This document shows positions 45,101 to 59,200 of a DNA stretch of 64,000 bases, piece by piece. A program made the position numbers and the translations under genes. Where the stretch lies: positions 3,534,001 to 3,598,000 of the forward strand of contig NC_134029.1 in assembly GCF_964204645.1 (NCBI RefSeq). The letters run 5' to 3'. The notes under the pieces are model-generated. The model was not told where the DNA came from and searched no databases. It worked only from the letters and a program-made list of their open reading frames with translations. This stretch comes from Tubulanus polymorphus. Lineage: Eukaryota > Animalia > Nemertea. Position 1 is the first letter of the stretch, and every line of letters begins with the position of its first letter.

Positions 45101-46865
45101 TTTGCTTTTATCTTATATAGAATAACGCTTATTCTATTTTTGATAAATTTGGATCATTATTTTTGAGAAGATATGCACTGCGTCTCATTGATATATGATC
45201 GGGGCTATTATTATTATTATTACGCAATAGGCCCAATAAACTGTCATCAAGTTAGTTTGCTTGTTTCAATTGAAAGAATATTTTGATGAATAATATACAT
45301 TCGAGGATTCCTAAGGATCAGAATTCACCCGCCGGATACCTCACACCGGGCAGTCACATTGACCTTTTAGCTGAATTCTAACTGCGGCGTGTTACTAATC
45401 CAGGTGGCACCACCTCTTGGTTTGTTATTGCGCAATACCACTAGTTCCAGCTGCGGCATGTGTATTACAGATGACACTACCTCCTAGTGCTTCATTATGC
45501 AATGACGTTGGGCGGTCTGAAGGATTTTTAATGTAACTATGAGCCTCGTTGACGTAGACACAATTTGCGAATCATTCAAAAGACAAGTACACAAGACCGG
45601 ATCGACATTAGATAAATCAAATCGAAATCAATTCAAAAATACTTGTCACTTGTCACGTAGCAGTGAATTTATGATATGTCGGCTTGCACTGGATTCCTGG
45701 GCTCACCCGCCGGCGCACTGGGCGTGTTTCATCACGTTCCCTGCAATTTTTGTGATTTAAAGAAAACAGATTTCGGACAACTCTAACGGCTGACCATTCA
45801 TTATTTGAATAAAAATTAGATTACCTTACTCAAAGCACGCTCAAAATGAAACCGAAAGTACACTATGATAGGGCCCGTCTATGCCCATTTCGGAATGTTC
45901 TCCGAAAAGACAATCTAAACTATGATTTAAAACTCGAATTTAAATATACTCAAAAACGTAGGATAAATTGGAAAGTGATGATGTCAAAGCGACATTTCCA
46001 TGCACGTCACGACCTGATCTATCAGTGACGGATTTTCTGGTTGAAATCAACATAAAAATGTTTTCTAATAGCCTACAGTCGAACAATACGATCGTGTTTA
46101 TTAATAGAGTTACACTATTCTGTTTCGTTTTTTATCCCAGATATCGATATAGCATATAAAAACGTTACGCATCGTCGATTTTCAACAGAATTCCACCTTT
46201 AAAAAACCGACGACCACGTAGCCATAGAAAGTCATCATGCATGGACGACTCGCTATACAAACCGGGTTTTTCAGTTTGACAGCTAAAACCATCCTGAATC
46301 AATTCGAATCGCATAAAATTCTCAAGAATAGCGAAGTGAACATACATGTACGCATATTGAGAAACATAATGAAAGGAACTAGATCCATAAATTTTCGGCG
46401 ATTTTTTGAAGGTGACGTTCAGCCTGTCGAGACGTGCGGCTAGATAGACCTTATATACCGGGATTTACTGGGCGTGTTGTCAGACGCGAAGACGAGAATC
46501 TACCGAGTCAGCCTGTTGCCGAATGGGAGTTAAAACTGCGCGGAATTTGCCTGTATCAGTCGGGGAATGAAGAAAAGAATGCCGAAATTAGGAATGATAT
46601 CGGTCTATTTTTTCTAGGACGTTTGATTGGATTTTCTACGCGTTGATTTGAAAATAGTCGAGGCGCGCCTGGTGTTTATGCATACGGTTCATCAAATCGG
46701 GTCCCAGGCTTGTATTTGGACAATGCAGTTAGAACCACTGATATGGACGCAATGCCATGACCGAAACAGGCGCTGATGTATAGTGGTTCAGCGTAAATTG
46801 TCAACGTTGCCAGATGCAATGAACAGGGTTGAGTCTAAACACCTTCCGAATGGAAGGTGGGCCAT

Positions 46866-46939
46866 GGTGTTATCTTTGGTTATCTAGCTGTATGAGTGCA
46901 GTAGATACATCATAAAGCTAGGTTACCAAAGGTGATACC
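46866..46939 (+). ncRNA. mir-9: pre-miRNA of the miR-9 family (5p = miR-9, 3p = miR-79/miR-9-3p type)
   Basis: TCTTTGGTTATCTAGCTGTATGA at 46873-46895 is the canonical mature miR-9. ATAAAGCTAGGTTACCAAAGG from 46912 is the miR-79-type 3p arm. The two arms and their flanks (GGTGTTA / TGATACC) pair into a long hairpin. Confidence 0.97.
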
Positions 46940-47707
46940 GCGGCCAATTCTTCTAGACAACCCCGGGGATCAACTGAAGCAGCATCGGAACAGATCGGCT
47001 TGTAGAACACCACTATAATACTACAAGCATCTACTATAACTTTTATTAGCTGTCTTGTAGGTGCGGAGTAATTTGTTATTCCATAATTAACAAACGCCAA
47101 GACGAGATCTTTATAATATTTGCGAAGTTTGGTCAGAAAAGGAGTTTTGATATTTTAGGTATATAAGTATATAGATTTTGTATTGACAAATAAACAGCAG
47201 CAAGAGCTCCGGATCTGCTTATATTTCTCAATCTACAATCGCCCCCTCGACGTGACGACTAAAGAAACAAAACAAGAATACCGGTTTAAATTGAAACTAG
47301 GCCAAGATAACGTCTTAAAAGAAGTCTAGTCGTTACAATAATAAAATAAGCATGGCTTTTTTCTATGTGTAAAAGCTAATCTGTCGCGATTCTAGAGAGC
47401 TTCTTAAAGGCCTATGTACGACTACGGCCTCTTCAACCTGAAATAGATAGAAATCCCCGACTTACCAGGCACGTTTTCCGCCAACTCGATCATTTGAAAC
47501 AATCGACCGAAAATTATGAAACGAAACCACGAATAGTACATTTTCCATCTTTCCCGTTTTTATTATTCAGAATAAATTTATGAATGTAATTGTTTCTACA
47601 TCATACCACGTAATAATAGTACAATTGTTCACGAGTACATGTATATTGAAGCGCACATACGCAATTCGCTTGCACATTCGCCATGCTAACGTCAATTTTA
47701 GAGGATA

Positions 47708-47871
47708 CAGTCAACCCCTATATACTTCCCACATCAATGATTTAGTATTCTGACGGTATAAAGAGTATGGCGGTATATCGGGTTAACTTGTTCTAGATCC
47801 AAGACAAAATACTGATTTTCCGTCGGTTCTAAGAAACAATACCTGGTGGGCGATATATCGGGGGTCGACTG
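47708..47871. mobile_element. Tc1/mariner(pogo)-type MITE with TA target-site duplication
   Basis: TA|CAGTCAACCCC.ATATA ... TATATCGGGGGTCGACTG|TA. Confidence 0.65.
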
Positions 47872-48526
47872 TAGTTTCAATCTTACATCTCTTCTTTGAT
47901 CGTACCCAATAGAGCATCGAGGAAGAATTGAACATGATCGGGCAGAGAGTTCAGAATGGGCTTCAAGAGCCGGCGCAGACGTCTGGATATATCAACAGTC
48001 GTCAATGAACGCAGAACCAGCCTGATGCACGTATATGACCAGGAAGTCTCTCAAAACGGTTTGATGCTTTATTGGGAAGCGTATTTAGAGGTTTTTTTAT
48101 ACAGGAGACTGAAGCAACGCTTGACGACTATACATTTAACTCGATCAAGAAATATACATTGGAATTCATGCCTATCAATTTACAATTTTCAACACCGGCA
48201 ACGAACGCAGTCTAAAATTTGCAATTGAATAAATACACGATAAAACGTCGAGAATTTTTTTCAGATAAATTCGCAATTTCGCATATAATCTACGGGAATT
48301 CATTCTCTTTAACATAACAAGCCTGTTACTTTTACATACTTAGAATATATGTCTATATATATATTAATATATATCTATTTCATTACAATAGACAGGGTTT
48401 CCAACCAGCAGAGGTCACAACACTTTTTTGGGGCGAAATTAAAAAAATCAAAGCAGTATCAATGAATAACAATGATGGAATCTTTTCGTTTCCAGCAAAC
48501 AGTTGGATGACCCAGCTTCATCGAGC

Positions 48527-48620
48527 TGGTTTTATATACTGGTATTGACTTTAACCCTCAACTGACTATTTATTGAGATAACCCGAGGTTAAAGTTTATA
48601 CCAGTCTATAAAACCGGCCC
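48527..48620. mobile_element. Palindromic MITE family B (related copy at ~1432-1516)
   Basis: GGTTTTATATACTGGTATTGACTTTAACC ... GGTTAAAGTTTATACCAGTCTATAAAACC followed by GGCCCCAG. The HARS intron copy shares TAACCCCAGGGTTAAAGT. Confidence 0.6.
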
Positions 48621-49567
48621 CAGGGATTTCGACGCATGTAGGGTGTAATCTTGTGCACAGAATCACGAGGAACAGCGAGACAAAATGAACCGAACCAAAC
48701 AGACAGCACTGAGTAGTAGCGGCATTCAGCTTATAGAATATTCACATTAATTACTGCAGAAACTCTATTACAAATACCAATATGCACTAAATTATGTATC
48801 ATGAAGTTCATGTAATGGCATATAAATTAGACGCTCAGACATTCAAATATTCAAAACGTTCGATTTCAATACGACGCCATGAATGCGGTAGACAACTTTT
48901 GACAAGCGCAGGACACAATTTCGATTGCAAAATCGAGAATTTTACTGCGACAAGGAAGTAAAAAAGTCTTGTCGCGCGTGCTCAAAATGACTTATGGCCT
49001 AGTGACAACTTCTTTTTCTCTCTTCGAAATGGGTCATATTCGATATAGAATTCGAAAAACAGTTTTCGCACACTTAAAAAATAATGAAATAATAGATTTC
49101 GTTCACGGCGTAATAAATCTTATCCAGGTCTTTTATGAATGTCAAAGAATTCACGAATGTATGAAAATCGGTAGCTGCACTGTTATGACTTGTCGATCGG
49201 GGAATCACCACATGACTGTGTATCAATTAATATCTCATTTCAAAACTCTCCGCATTCGCATAAAGAATTTATTTGCCGAGTTTAATTCATATTTCGCAGA
49301 GAGAAATTAAGAGTAAATATTTGCAGTAGCGTTAGCTCGATTATTTTCATATGAATCAAATACAGAAAATACAATACAGAATATAGAAAACATTCTGAAT
49401 AGAAACAATAAGGCACCTGGAAAATGAAATTCAAAGGCAAAAAGTTGTTCAGTGAAAATATCTTAGCTTACACAAGGACTCTACAGTTTAAAAGGCAAAT
49501 TTTCCACAAGTGGCCACAATTTATCCTATTTTAAAGCGTGAATGTAATAACCGCAGTGCCAGACGAG

Positions 49568-49680
49568 GGGTTAGTTCCTGAAAGTTCTTGGTTAGATTTG
49601 ACTCTAGAACTGAATGAGTTCAATTACGATCCATTGAATGTAGAATAAAATTCTAACTCTAAAACTGTGGAACTGGCTCC
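49568..49680. mobile_element. MITE family A, copy 4 (diverged)
   Basis: Ends with AACTGTGGAACTGGCTCC and contains internal AGATTTGACTCT as in copy 2. Confidence 0.55.
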
Positions 49681-50279
49681 ATAGAACTGTACACTTACTG
49701 GTTATAACATTAACATAACCACAATCAACAAGCATAGCGCAACACGAGAAACACACAAATCTACTATTATTTTCAGAATCATAACGGCATCAATTTGAAC
49801 TACAGTAGACTCCGCTTGCCTCAGATTTTGTAGGACCAATAAATTCTTATTGAATTCCGGGGCAGTGAGAGCAGGGATGGGTTTTTTAAATTTGTAAAGT
49901 ACTAATACTGTCCGAAAAGTTTCCTCGAGCTTGTAGTTTATTTTCAATATTTCGACTATATCCAAATAGTCATCTTCAGGAATACCGATGAGTATTAGAA
50001 TATAGTCGAAACGTTGAAAGTAAACTATAATCGCAAAGAAACCTTGCCGACTCGTTCTTCTTTTTGTATTGAGGGACTATAGTGTATAATCGTTTCCACA
50101 CAGACGCAGTGTTTCATCAAGATTGTAATATATTATCAGACGAGGCACGTGACAATCAAAGGCAATCGAATCCAGGATAAACGCAGTCTACTGTATCTAT
50201 CTATATATCTATATATTATATACATGAAATTGTCGATGAATGATGATTTAAAGAGAATGATAGTTCTATCGTTCGATCA

Positions 50280-53200
50280 TCACGCAGAACTCAAACTGTC
50301 TTTAATATCCTTAACGAGCATCGATCCGATGACCATCTTCTCGCAGTTGACGGTAATCGATAACTTCGCGTCGAGTCTCTTCACCTTGACTAGTACTAGA
50401 CTTTTCGATGATAAAGTCTTCGCGGCGAAGCGGTATTCGCCATCCGTCTCAGACGACACCATTAGAACGTTCGCCGCCTCGAACACGCAGTTACAAATCG
50501 TCCGCTGATCATGTGACGACTCGGATAACGGAACGGAAGCCGAGTTTTCATTCATTCCGCTCAATTTCGCTGTAAAAGATTTCAAAACATTTAACTGTAC
50601 TCGTTCTGATATTTAGAAAATAGAGTAGGAACTTGCCAAACTCGGACAAAAATCAAATCCAATCCTTAACTTAGAATTCACTTCTGGTCCTAGTTAGTCT
50701 GAATAGGCGAGGCTTACTGTACTTTAAAATTTCCAAATCTACCGTTTTAAGGATTGGGACCAGAGGAAAATTGCTCTTATTTACATTAATCATATATATT
50801 CTCCCATGATATTCATCTTTGGATATGGACAATATTTCTTTGTAAACCTTAACCATTCCACGGTCAAATCAGAGATATCCCCCAGAAGACTATTGATATT
50901 CAAAGACACTCATCATGTATACCCTACCCTTTAAAGAGATGTTTAGAGTAGGACAGAAAGGGCACAACAAACAGCCCCAATCACCGGTTTCTGCGAAACA
51001 GCCTTCATTTCTTTCATATATGTGTAGACACATAGTACTTGTAGGTTAACTGATTTTATGCAAAATCATAAGCTTTCGCTACTAGTAACATTGACTTAAC
51101 TCATTTAACTGATATAGCTATTATGGATTAGTAGTGAAAGCTCATGGTTTCTTCTAAAATCAGTTAACACTCAAGTACTACCTGTCTTCTCATTCAATTC
51201 AAGACAAGGTCATACATCTCTTCAACTCTTCTATATATCAATTATATAAAGAATATTGATAGCATAAGCAACAGATTAAACCTTAGGCAAGCATCGAAAA
51301 ATGATCTCCTATTTTTCATGCAATCTGCCGATATAATTGAAAGCTCTTTTTGTTTTCTAACGGGCCTCATTATATCTCACCGGCTAAAGCTGCCATATCT
51401 ACGTGATCAGTTAAACTCATCATAATCGCTGGAATTGTAGTACATAATACTATATATCCACGAAAACATTCATTACGAAACATTACAAATAAGATTGATT
51501 TACAGGATCAAAAATATATAATGAAGTTAGAGGATCTAGCTAGATACCGTACACGTACTCAGTGAAAAAATATTTTCTGAAATTTTAAACCTACCTGCTT
51601 GACTGTTGAAATCTTTTTCGCTCATTGTATGCGGCTGAACGAGTTCTCCGACCGGTGCTTTGATACTAACGTTAAAGCTACGCTCTTGGGAACAGATTTC
51701 GAAGTTAGCCGGCTGTGTCGTGTCGTTAAAATCTACGGCCATCAGAACTGAGCTCGACGCATTCGTACCGAGAGTCGCTGAAACGAGGAAACACATCGAA
51801 TACAATATCGATCCGATATGGACAGTGAATACAAACATCCAGATTTTCATCGGTCTCAAAGGTCCTTTAGTGGATGTACATGCCATAAACCAGGGATTTA
51901 GAATAAGTCAGTAATCCTAGAAGAGGATAATCGCAGGGGTAGGGGTCAGATTGATGAACTCGGGAATTTTCTCCCATTTTCCACATCCTTTCCATTCCAG
52001 CATTTTTCCACATCTCTCAGACAATAACGTAGTAACATAATCAGCCACTGATTAGATATATTTTTCACATCAATCTGACTCGCGCAATCGCAATGAAAGA
52101 AAAAAATCTCACCGATTTCAGGGAATTCCTGCATCTCTATACCAGACTGCAATTTCTGAAGATATAAGTTTTAAACATGAACGAAATCTAAACGTGAAAT
52201 TCGAGGATATACGACGGTTGTTAACGAACCTTTTGACCGATTTTGATTGAAGTGAATGGTTTGTCGCTGTTGTTCGTGAATTTCAACTCGATCGACGCCA
52301 TTTTCGGAGAGAACACGGAAATCGCTCGCGTAAAGCTGTACGTCGCACTGAGTCCTCCGCTCGTCATACGATTTAATAATTCATAACTCTGAGGTTCGAC
52401 TTGCGGCGACAGGAGCTAAAAACAGAGAGATAACAAGATCAGGTGCCGGGGTCTAATTGAATATTGAATACGCCTATTAGAGATACGTATATCATGATTG
52501 GCGAAAGCCATGGGAAATTTTTCTGGCCCTCTTAATTAAATGAAAAATTTTTCTCGGACTTTTTGAAGGGTACATTCAAATTCACAATTAACCCTTTAAA
52601 TCCGACCATGTGGAAAATGTAAAAAAACCTCGTTCTTACTCTTACCATAGATCCAGCCGGAGTGGGCATCTTATCTCCGAGGATTGAATAACTGCTCGTG
52701 TCCGACGCCATACTCGGAGTTAATAATGAGCCAGGTGTTAGAACTGGTGTGTTACCAGTACCAGGAGTAAAAACTGCCAATGAAATACAAATCATTGAAT
52801 TCCGTGACTTTCTAAATCTGTTCAGACTGTTTTCAAAACTGTTAAGCAAGTACTGGGTAATGATAATAATAGGTAATATATTTTCTTATGAATTTCTAAC
52901 ATATTTTTTACATTTTACTGCTGTTTACTATACTTAGCTAGCTACTACTATACAGCGCTGTTATCACTATGAAACTGGTTATTACTTACTGTCATCGAGG
53001 TCCAGCAAGAGGTTATCGGCGTTTGGTTTACATGTAGCCAGAGCTTCTGATTTTGAGGGCTTCGTCGCAGTTTTCTAAAAACATATACAAAACATGGTTA
53101 ATATCTTACCCGAGAAATATAAACCAGGTTAGACCCAGAAACACAGTAAATTTGACTCAAGATTCAACTTATTTCATTTCTGACGTTTCAAGAATCTAAA

Positions 53201-56200
53201 CTTAACTCAACTGTCGCTCAACTTACTTTATTGATTACTGGTTTTCTTTCTTCTTCCGACTCTGATGTACTTTCATCATCATCGTCATCATCATCCGCCG
53301 ATGAAGTATCCTCTTCACTCGACTCCTCTTCGCTAGTGTCCTCCTCTCTAGACGACGATTTATTGCTCTCAGTTTTGCCTTTTTTGCGTGTGGTCGATTT
53401 CTTCGTTGCCACTGGTTTAACCGGTTTCACCACGTCGTCGTTCGACTCTTCTTCGCTAGACGAATCCGGCTCTGAACTTTCCTCCTCATCCTCGTCTTCA
53501 TCTACCTCCTCTCCTTCTTCCTCTGAGGATGACTGCGTACTATCAGCGCCTGATGTTTCTGATAATGGTGAGATACATACAGAACAAATAAGATCTCCCA
53601 TCATTTGAATTCAATGTGAATCAATGAAAAAATCCCTACTCCAAGTAACTAAAAGACAAAGGCTTTTATAACCTTTTTACATCAATTGGACATTCATAGA
53701 AAATGCCAAATCCTTCAGCAGACTCGATTATACACACCTCCTGAACTAGATTCTGACTCGGAATAGAATGATTTCTTCTTTGCCGCTGATTTCGTGACTT
53801 TGCTGCTCTTCGTGCGAACCTCCGTCACCCAGGGCATGGTCACTTCGACGTTTCGGACCGATGGATCAGGAGCGGATTCCGGCCAGTCGGCTAGTTCCTG
53901 ATAACCCTGCGTGCGAGCGTTTAATAGATGCGACAACGTTCCCAGCTGAAACTGATCGCGATCTGGAAAAAACGATTGACAATAATCAAAAATTCTATTT
54001 TCTAGAATATAATTACTTACTTCGCAATATCCAAATATTGTGGATAAATAATTGTCTAAATAGAAATGAGTAAAAGGAGGTAAAAGTATTATGAAACGTC
54101 AAAGATGGGAAGAGATTCAAAAACAGAATCTGTTTGACTATCACGAGCCTTCTGGAAGAGAATTCCATAAAATCAGGTAAACATAAGCTTGTTCTTACAC
54201 CTGGGGCCAGTTGCATAGTCGTGACTTAAGTCCAAAAGTGGTCTTAAATCTTAAGACTGGTCTTAAGTTGTTAGATTAGCTATAGAACTACGTTGGTCTT
54301 AGACTGGTCTTAAGTCAAAGCCATGACTATGCAACTGGCCCCTGGCGTTTAACCTAATGCAATGTTTTATGATGGTAGACTGATGTCTTCCACAGTTTCT
54401 ATTTTACCTTTAAAAGCGGATTCTAGAACCGGTGCCGGTTTCGTAGCCAGGAATATTTTCTTCGCATGTTTTGCGAGGTATGACCCTTTCTCGCTGGGTA
54501 GAATCAGTTGTCTCAAGAATCGCGAGCGGTCTCGGATGTCATAATTGATATCGTATTTAGCCAGATTGAACACGTATTGACACAGCAGTTTCGTCTGCTT
54601 CGAGTTTGTGATGCACAACTTTCCTGCCAGGTTCAATATTTGCAGTTTAACGATATCTTCCTGGAATAATGATGATGTTGATTATTAACAGAGTATTATG
54701 AACAGGTCATAACTTTTGGAAAATCAGAACAGTAAATTTTAGATTATCAGTCTGACCAACATCTTTAAGGTAGATATCAAGAGCAAACATTCGTTTATCA
54801 AAGTTAGTCTCGACTTCTGGTTGGAACTAATGATTGAGCGCACTACAGCTCGATCTTACGAATTTCACAGTTTCAGCCATCAGTTTCCCATGAGATTTCC
54901 CTTATTTTTCAAAATTTTTCTGATTCCCCGAGTTTTCCATTTTCCAGGTCATTAGCCCCCCTTGCCATCTTGGAATTAGATTGACAGATACCCCGGTAGT
55001 TGAATAACCACGAAAACCTTAAACAAGGGTAGCAGATAATGAAGTGGTAGATAAGTGGCCTTATCTGAAATATGTTTGTGCACGAACCTCTTGGATGAAA
55101 TTTTTCGCTGCTTTTCTCAAAACGTCGGGAGCTATTTTCGGAACGCGATCGGAATATTCACCGATCAACCAGAATATACTCGCCCTCGCCATCGATACCG
55201 TTATCTCATCGCTCAGTTTAGCCATATGGATGATTATCTCTTTATGTTCGGTCGGCTGAAAGATGAATTAATACATCTACATTAACGACGCTTTTTCTCT
55301 TTCGAGCAAACCGACCCTGGGTGGTAAATAAATTATGTTTTTTGAGTTTATTTTTGACTCAATTCCTGAATAGTAACACGCCTAAAGCTACATAAACCAT
55401 CAATGCCTATCTCGAGTATTTTCTTTTCATAAACTGCAACTGAAATTTCAAATCTTCCATGCACAGCACACGAATTTCAGCCAGTTGACCACAAAAAGCT
55501 GCACTTTATAATTAACTCCTATCACAGCAGCCGCGGAAAATATGCTGTGCACCGCTCGAATTGAAAAGACGATGGAATTTCAATTCGAAAATACGGAAAA
55601 AAGCACAGCAGAGATTCGTATTCGATCTGAAAACCTTCTGCTCTGGAACATAATAGTGACTCATGCAGATCAGATCCGGAACACGCAAGGAAGGAAGGAC
55701 GAGTAAAGAACGGATTTGAAGAGAGAAAATAGACAAATATTCAAGCAAAAAATAGAAATTCAATCAAACGACTCAAATCAGGCAGTCTTCGAAATTATGA
55801 CGCGTTTGCTGAGCAGGAAAAAAAAATAATCCACATCGCCACAGCTTTACTGAAGCCCTGATATTGAGTATTTAGAAACTTTGAGATCTTGCGATGAAGA
55901 TAAAATGTATAGATTTACCATTTTCATTTTACGGCCAGACTAAAAATGAACGAGGCAAAACAAAATAAGCAAGCTTCAAGCATCATTAGACTTTAACCGG
56001 ATAAAGAATCATATTTTGTTCTAACATATTTAATCTTGCTTTATAAGGGTTTAGTCTATTAGGTAATTTAGGGCAAACGCGAGTGAAGATAAAAGGTCAG
56101 AATGGAGAATCTAAATGCGATGCGACCAACTACGCAATTTTAAGCAAGGGTTGATGATAAATTTGGGTAGGAATAACTCACACAGAACTCTATGAACTGT

Positions 56201-59200
56201 TTATATAGATACACAGTGAGTTAGTAATGAATAGGTCTCAATATCGGAGAAGCATGCATAATGCAACAATTTCACAGGGTCAGGGGACAATGCGAGGAAA
56301 GAATTTTTAAAGAAGAACTAGACATTAATGAATTGTCGAGGATTTCAAGGATAATATAAAGATCTTACACCTCAACTACCGTACTACAATTTACTAAGAC
56401 TAGGGTACGTAATTTCACTAAAGGTAAATGAATATTCATTGAATGTCAATTACCTGCATCTGAAGTAGTTTCTTGATGACGACAACACTTTCAGCAACTA
56501 CAGCTTCTGTAATCAGAGATCAAATTTCAGTGAAACAAAATCTGAATAAAAAGCGACAAACAGTTCCATACTTTGGGTAATAATAAGACATTGAAATTTA
56601 GATAAGCATTGAATAAGCTTGAACAGGGGGCCTCATTCATTTGTTTTTCCCTGACTTTTCCCAGACTATTCCCCGACATGTTGTTTTTTCCCTGACTTGA
56701 TCTGCTGAGAATCCAATTAATTAACACAGTCAAATACGTAAGACATAAACTGTTTGATTTACTGTTTGAGATCTAGCAATCTCAACAAATTTCCCTGACT
56801 TTTCCCCGATTTCCAGGTAAGAGGCCACACTGTTGAGTATATCACGCAGTGTTCTCCATAGATATATCTACACACCATCCTTGTTAGACATCAGATTAAC
56901 GAGGCCGTTTAAACAAGCATCAGTAATCTCAGCTATACTGCTTGCGCATCGGCCGATAGCTTGAATCGTCGCAGCAGCGAAATCACGATCAGAACTTGTC
57001 ACATACGTCTACAAAATATTACACAAACCAGTTCAAATATTTGAGTAAAATCACTGTCACATCATTCAGAATTTTCAAATTTAGCCCCGGCAAGAGCCAA
57101 ATCAATTTTTTCCTGTGCCTAAAAGAGTGCGTTTACGTGTAAATCACTCACTCAAAAGGATGCTGTGTTAAGTTAGTTCCAGAACCAAGTATTCACACAG
57201 AATCTTTCAACCTGTGCTCAAATTTGGCGTGGTCTGACATGTTTGGTCAAGCCTAATATGGTACCAATGTGAATGGTCCAAATTTTGCCCGGGCCAAAAA
57301 CACTCGCGATTGCGGCTCATATTACCTGGAATTCTCGAAGTATTGTTGATATGTTGGTTTCAGTGGCCAGATTCGTTAAGATTTCCAACTGGAATGGAAA
57401 ACATTTCATTCAGTCATACGTTTATACTATCAAGCAGGATGAATAGTAATAAAACACTGCTCTGTACTGACCTTAAGTAATTTAGTGTGTAACGGATCAT
57501 TTGATCGAACGTAGAAACTCTTCAGGAATGGTTCGAATAAATCCTTGCGTTTGATTGACATAGAAGCTATATTACTGAGCACGATGTATTGCACTTCCCT
57601 AAAATATGTACAATAAAATCACTAATCACTGTGAGTTGTATACGTTTAATACAGTTTTGAGGAGGTAAATAAACTCACTTGTGACTGCGAAGTAAACGAA
57701 TTAAAGCTTTAGCGACTAAAGTCACCTCTCCTCGAGGTGCTGCGTGATGATATAACTGAGCTACAGCCATTACAACCTGAATCATTCAAACACAAACATC
57801 GGAAATAGTCAGAAGAAGTAGTATAAATATTTATACAAGACAGAGAACCCACTTTATACAAAATTTTAAAGATTTAAAACAAATTTTACCTCATCAAATA
57901 ATCAAAATATTTGATTTTTTACAAATAGATATGTTTTTTTAATCTTCTAAATTTTGTATGCAGTGGGTTTTAAACTTATTTTCTTAGCATTTTATCACAA
58001 TACTGTGATTTTAGAGACTTTTATCGGGTTATAGTAAACTCACGGCTGCGTTTCGACTGTTTAAAAGTGGTCGACAAGTTCGCAGTAATAATCTATGATC
58101 CGGATCCATTATGTACGGTTTCTTCTTCGGCGAATCCTTCTCTGAATCGCCGTCATTATCATCGTCATCTTCATCACTTCCGTAAAATGGCTTGTCATGA
58201 GCTACGTCCTACAGAAAACAGTAGTGATGTCTTTCAGGGGAAAATCAGAAGGCAGTGGTCCAGAAGAGAACAAAGAAAGGGCACTGCTCGGATAAACTAA
58301 CAAGGTAACAAACTGGATTTGAGGTAGAATTTTGATTCAAAAATGACAGCTAGTTGCTATTTTTCAATGAAGTTTAGTCATTTTCCAGGACCCTTCCACA
58401 GTTCATAGATTAAATTTCAACTCACTAGCAATTAACCCGCAATTAACTTCGTTCAGTCTAAAAGCGGCCTAGTTGATTTTGAAATTCATAATAATTCAAA
58501 ATCATGAATCTGATTAAATCTGCAGACTGGCACAAATTCTAAAACTATTCCTGACACTATCAATTAGGTCTAGTCTAATGCGGGAAAATCAAATTTCATC
58601 CTGGGGGAATTAACTGAAATGAGGGCAATATTGTTCACAAGGATTTACATATTAATGTCATAATAACTACTCTAGGAAGCTTTATTTTTATGTTCTCATG
58701 AATCACTTACGTCTGAATTAGGGCTGATAAACTGCGACCGGCAATATCTCGTTAACATATTGATTATAACCACTTGTCCCCATTCTTCCACATCGACGAG
58801 TAGATTACACAATTTTCGGTAGTTTTTATGTATCAGATCCGTCCGCTCGGGACAAACTTCTTCGAACGCCTGAATCGCGCTGCCAGCTACGAGCTGTTAA
58901 ATACACACAAAACAAGAGACATTCAGGATTAAAAACTATATTAACCCTTTCAGTGCATAAACACCGCAGTGCGATGTATAAATTGGTGATGGACATTGTA
59001 TACTGCATCACGGTGTATCGATGTCATTAGTAATTAATTTTCATCTCTATTGAAAAATCAATTCTTAAGAGATGACATTTTTATGAAACTGATTGCAGTT
59101 TGCAGATAGAAATCCATACATCAGTTGTAAGATTTCTATCTAATAAATTCCTTTTTTCAAAGATTTACCGTTGTTTTATCAGCTAACAATTTTTCAATGA

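Noticed and set aside
53231-53608. Plus-strand Ser-rich 125-aa ORF
   Set aside because: It is the antisense shadow of the acidic hinge exon of AP3B.
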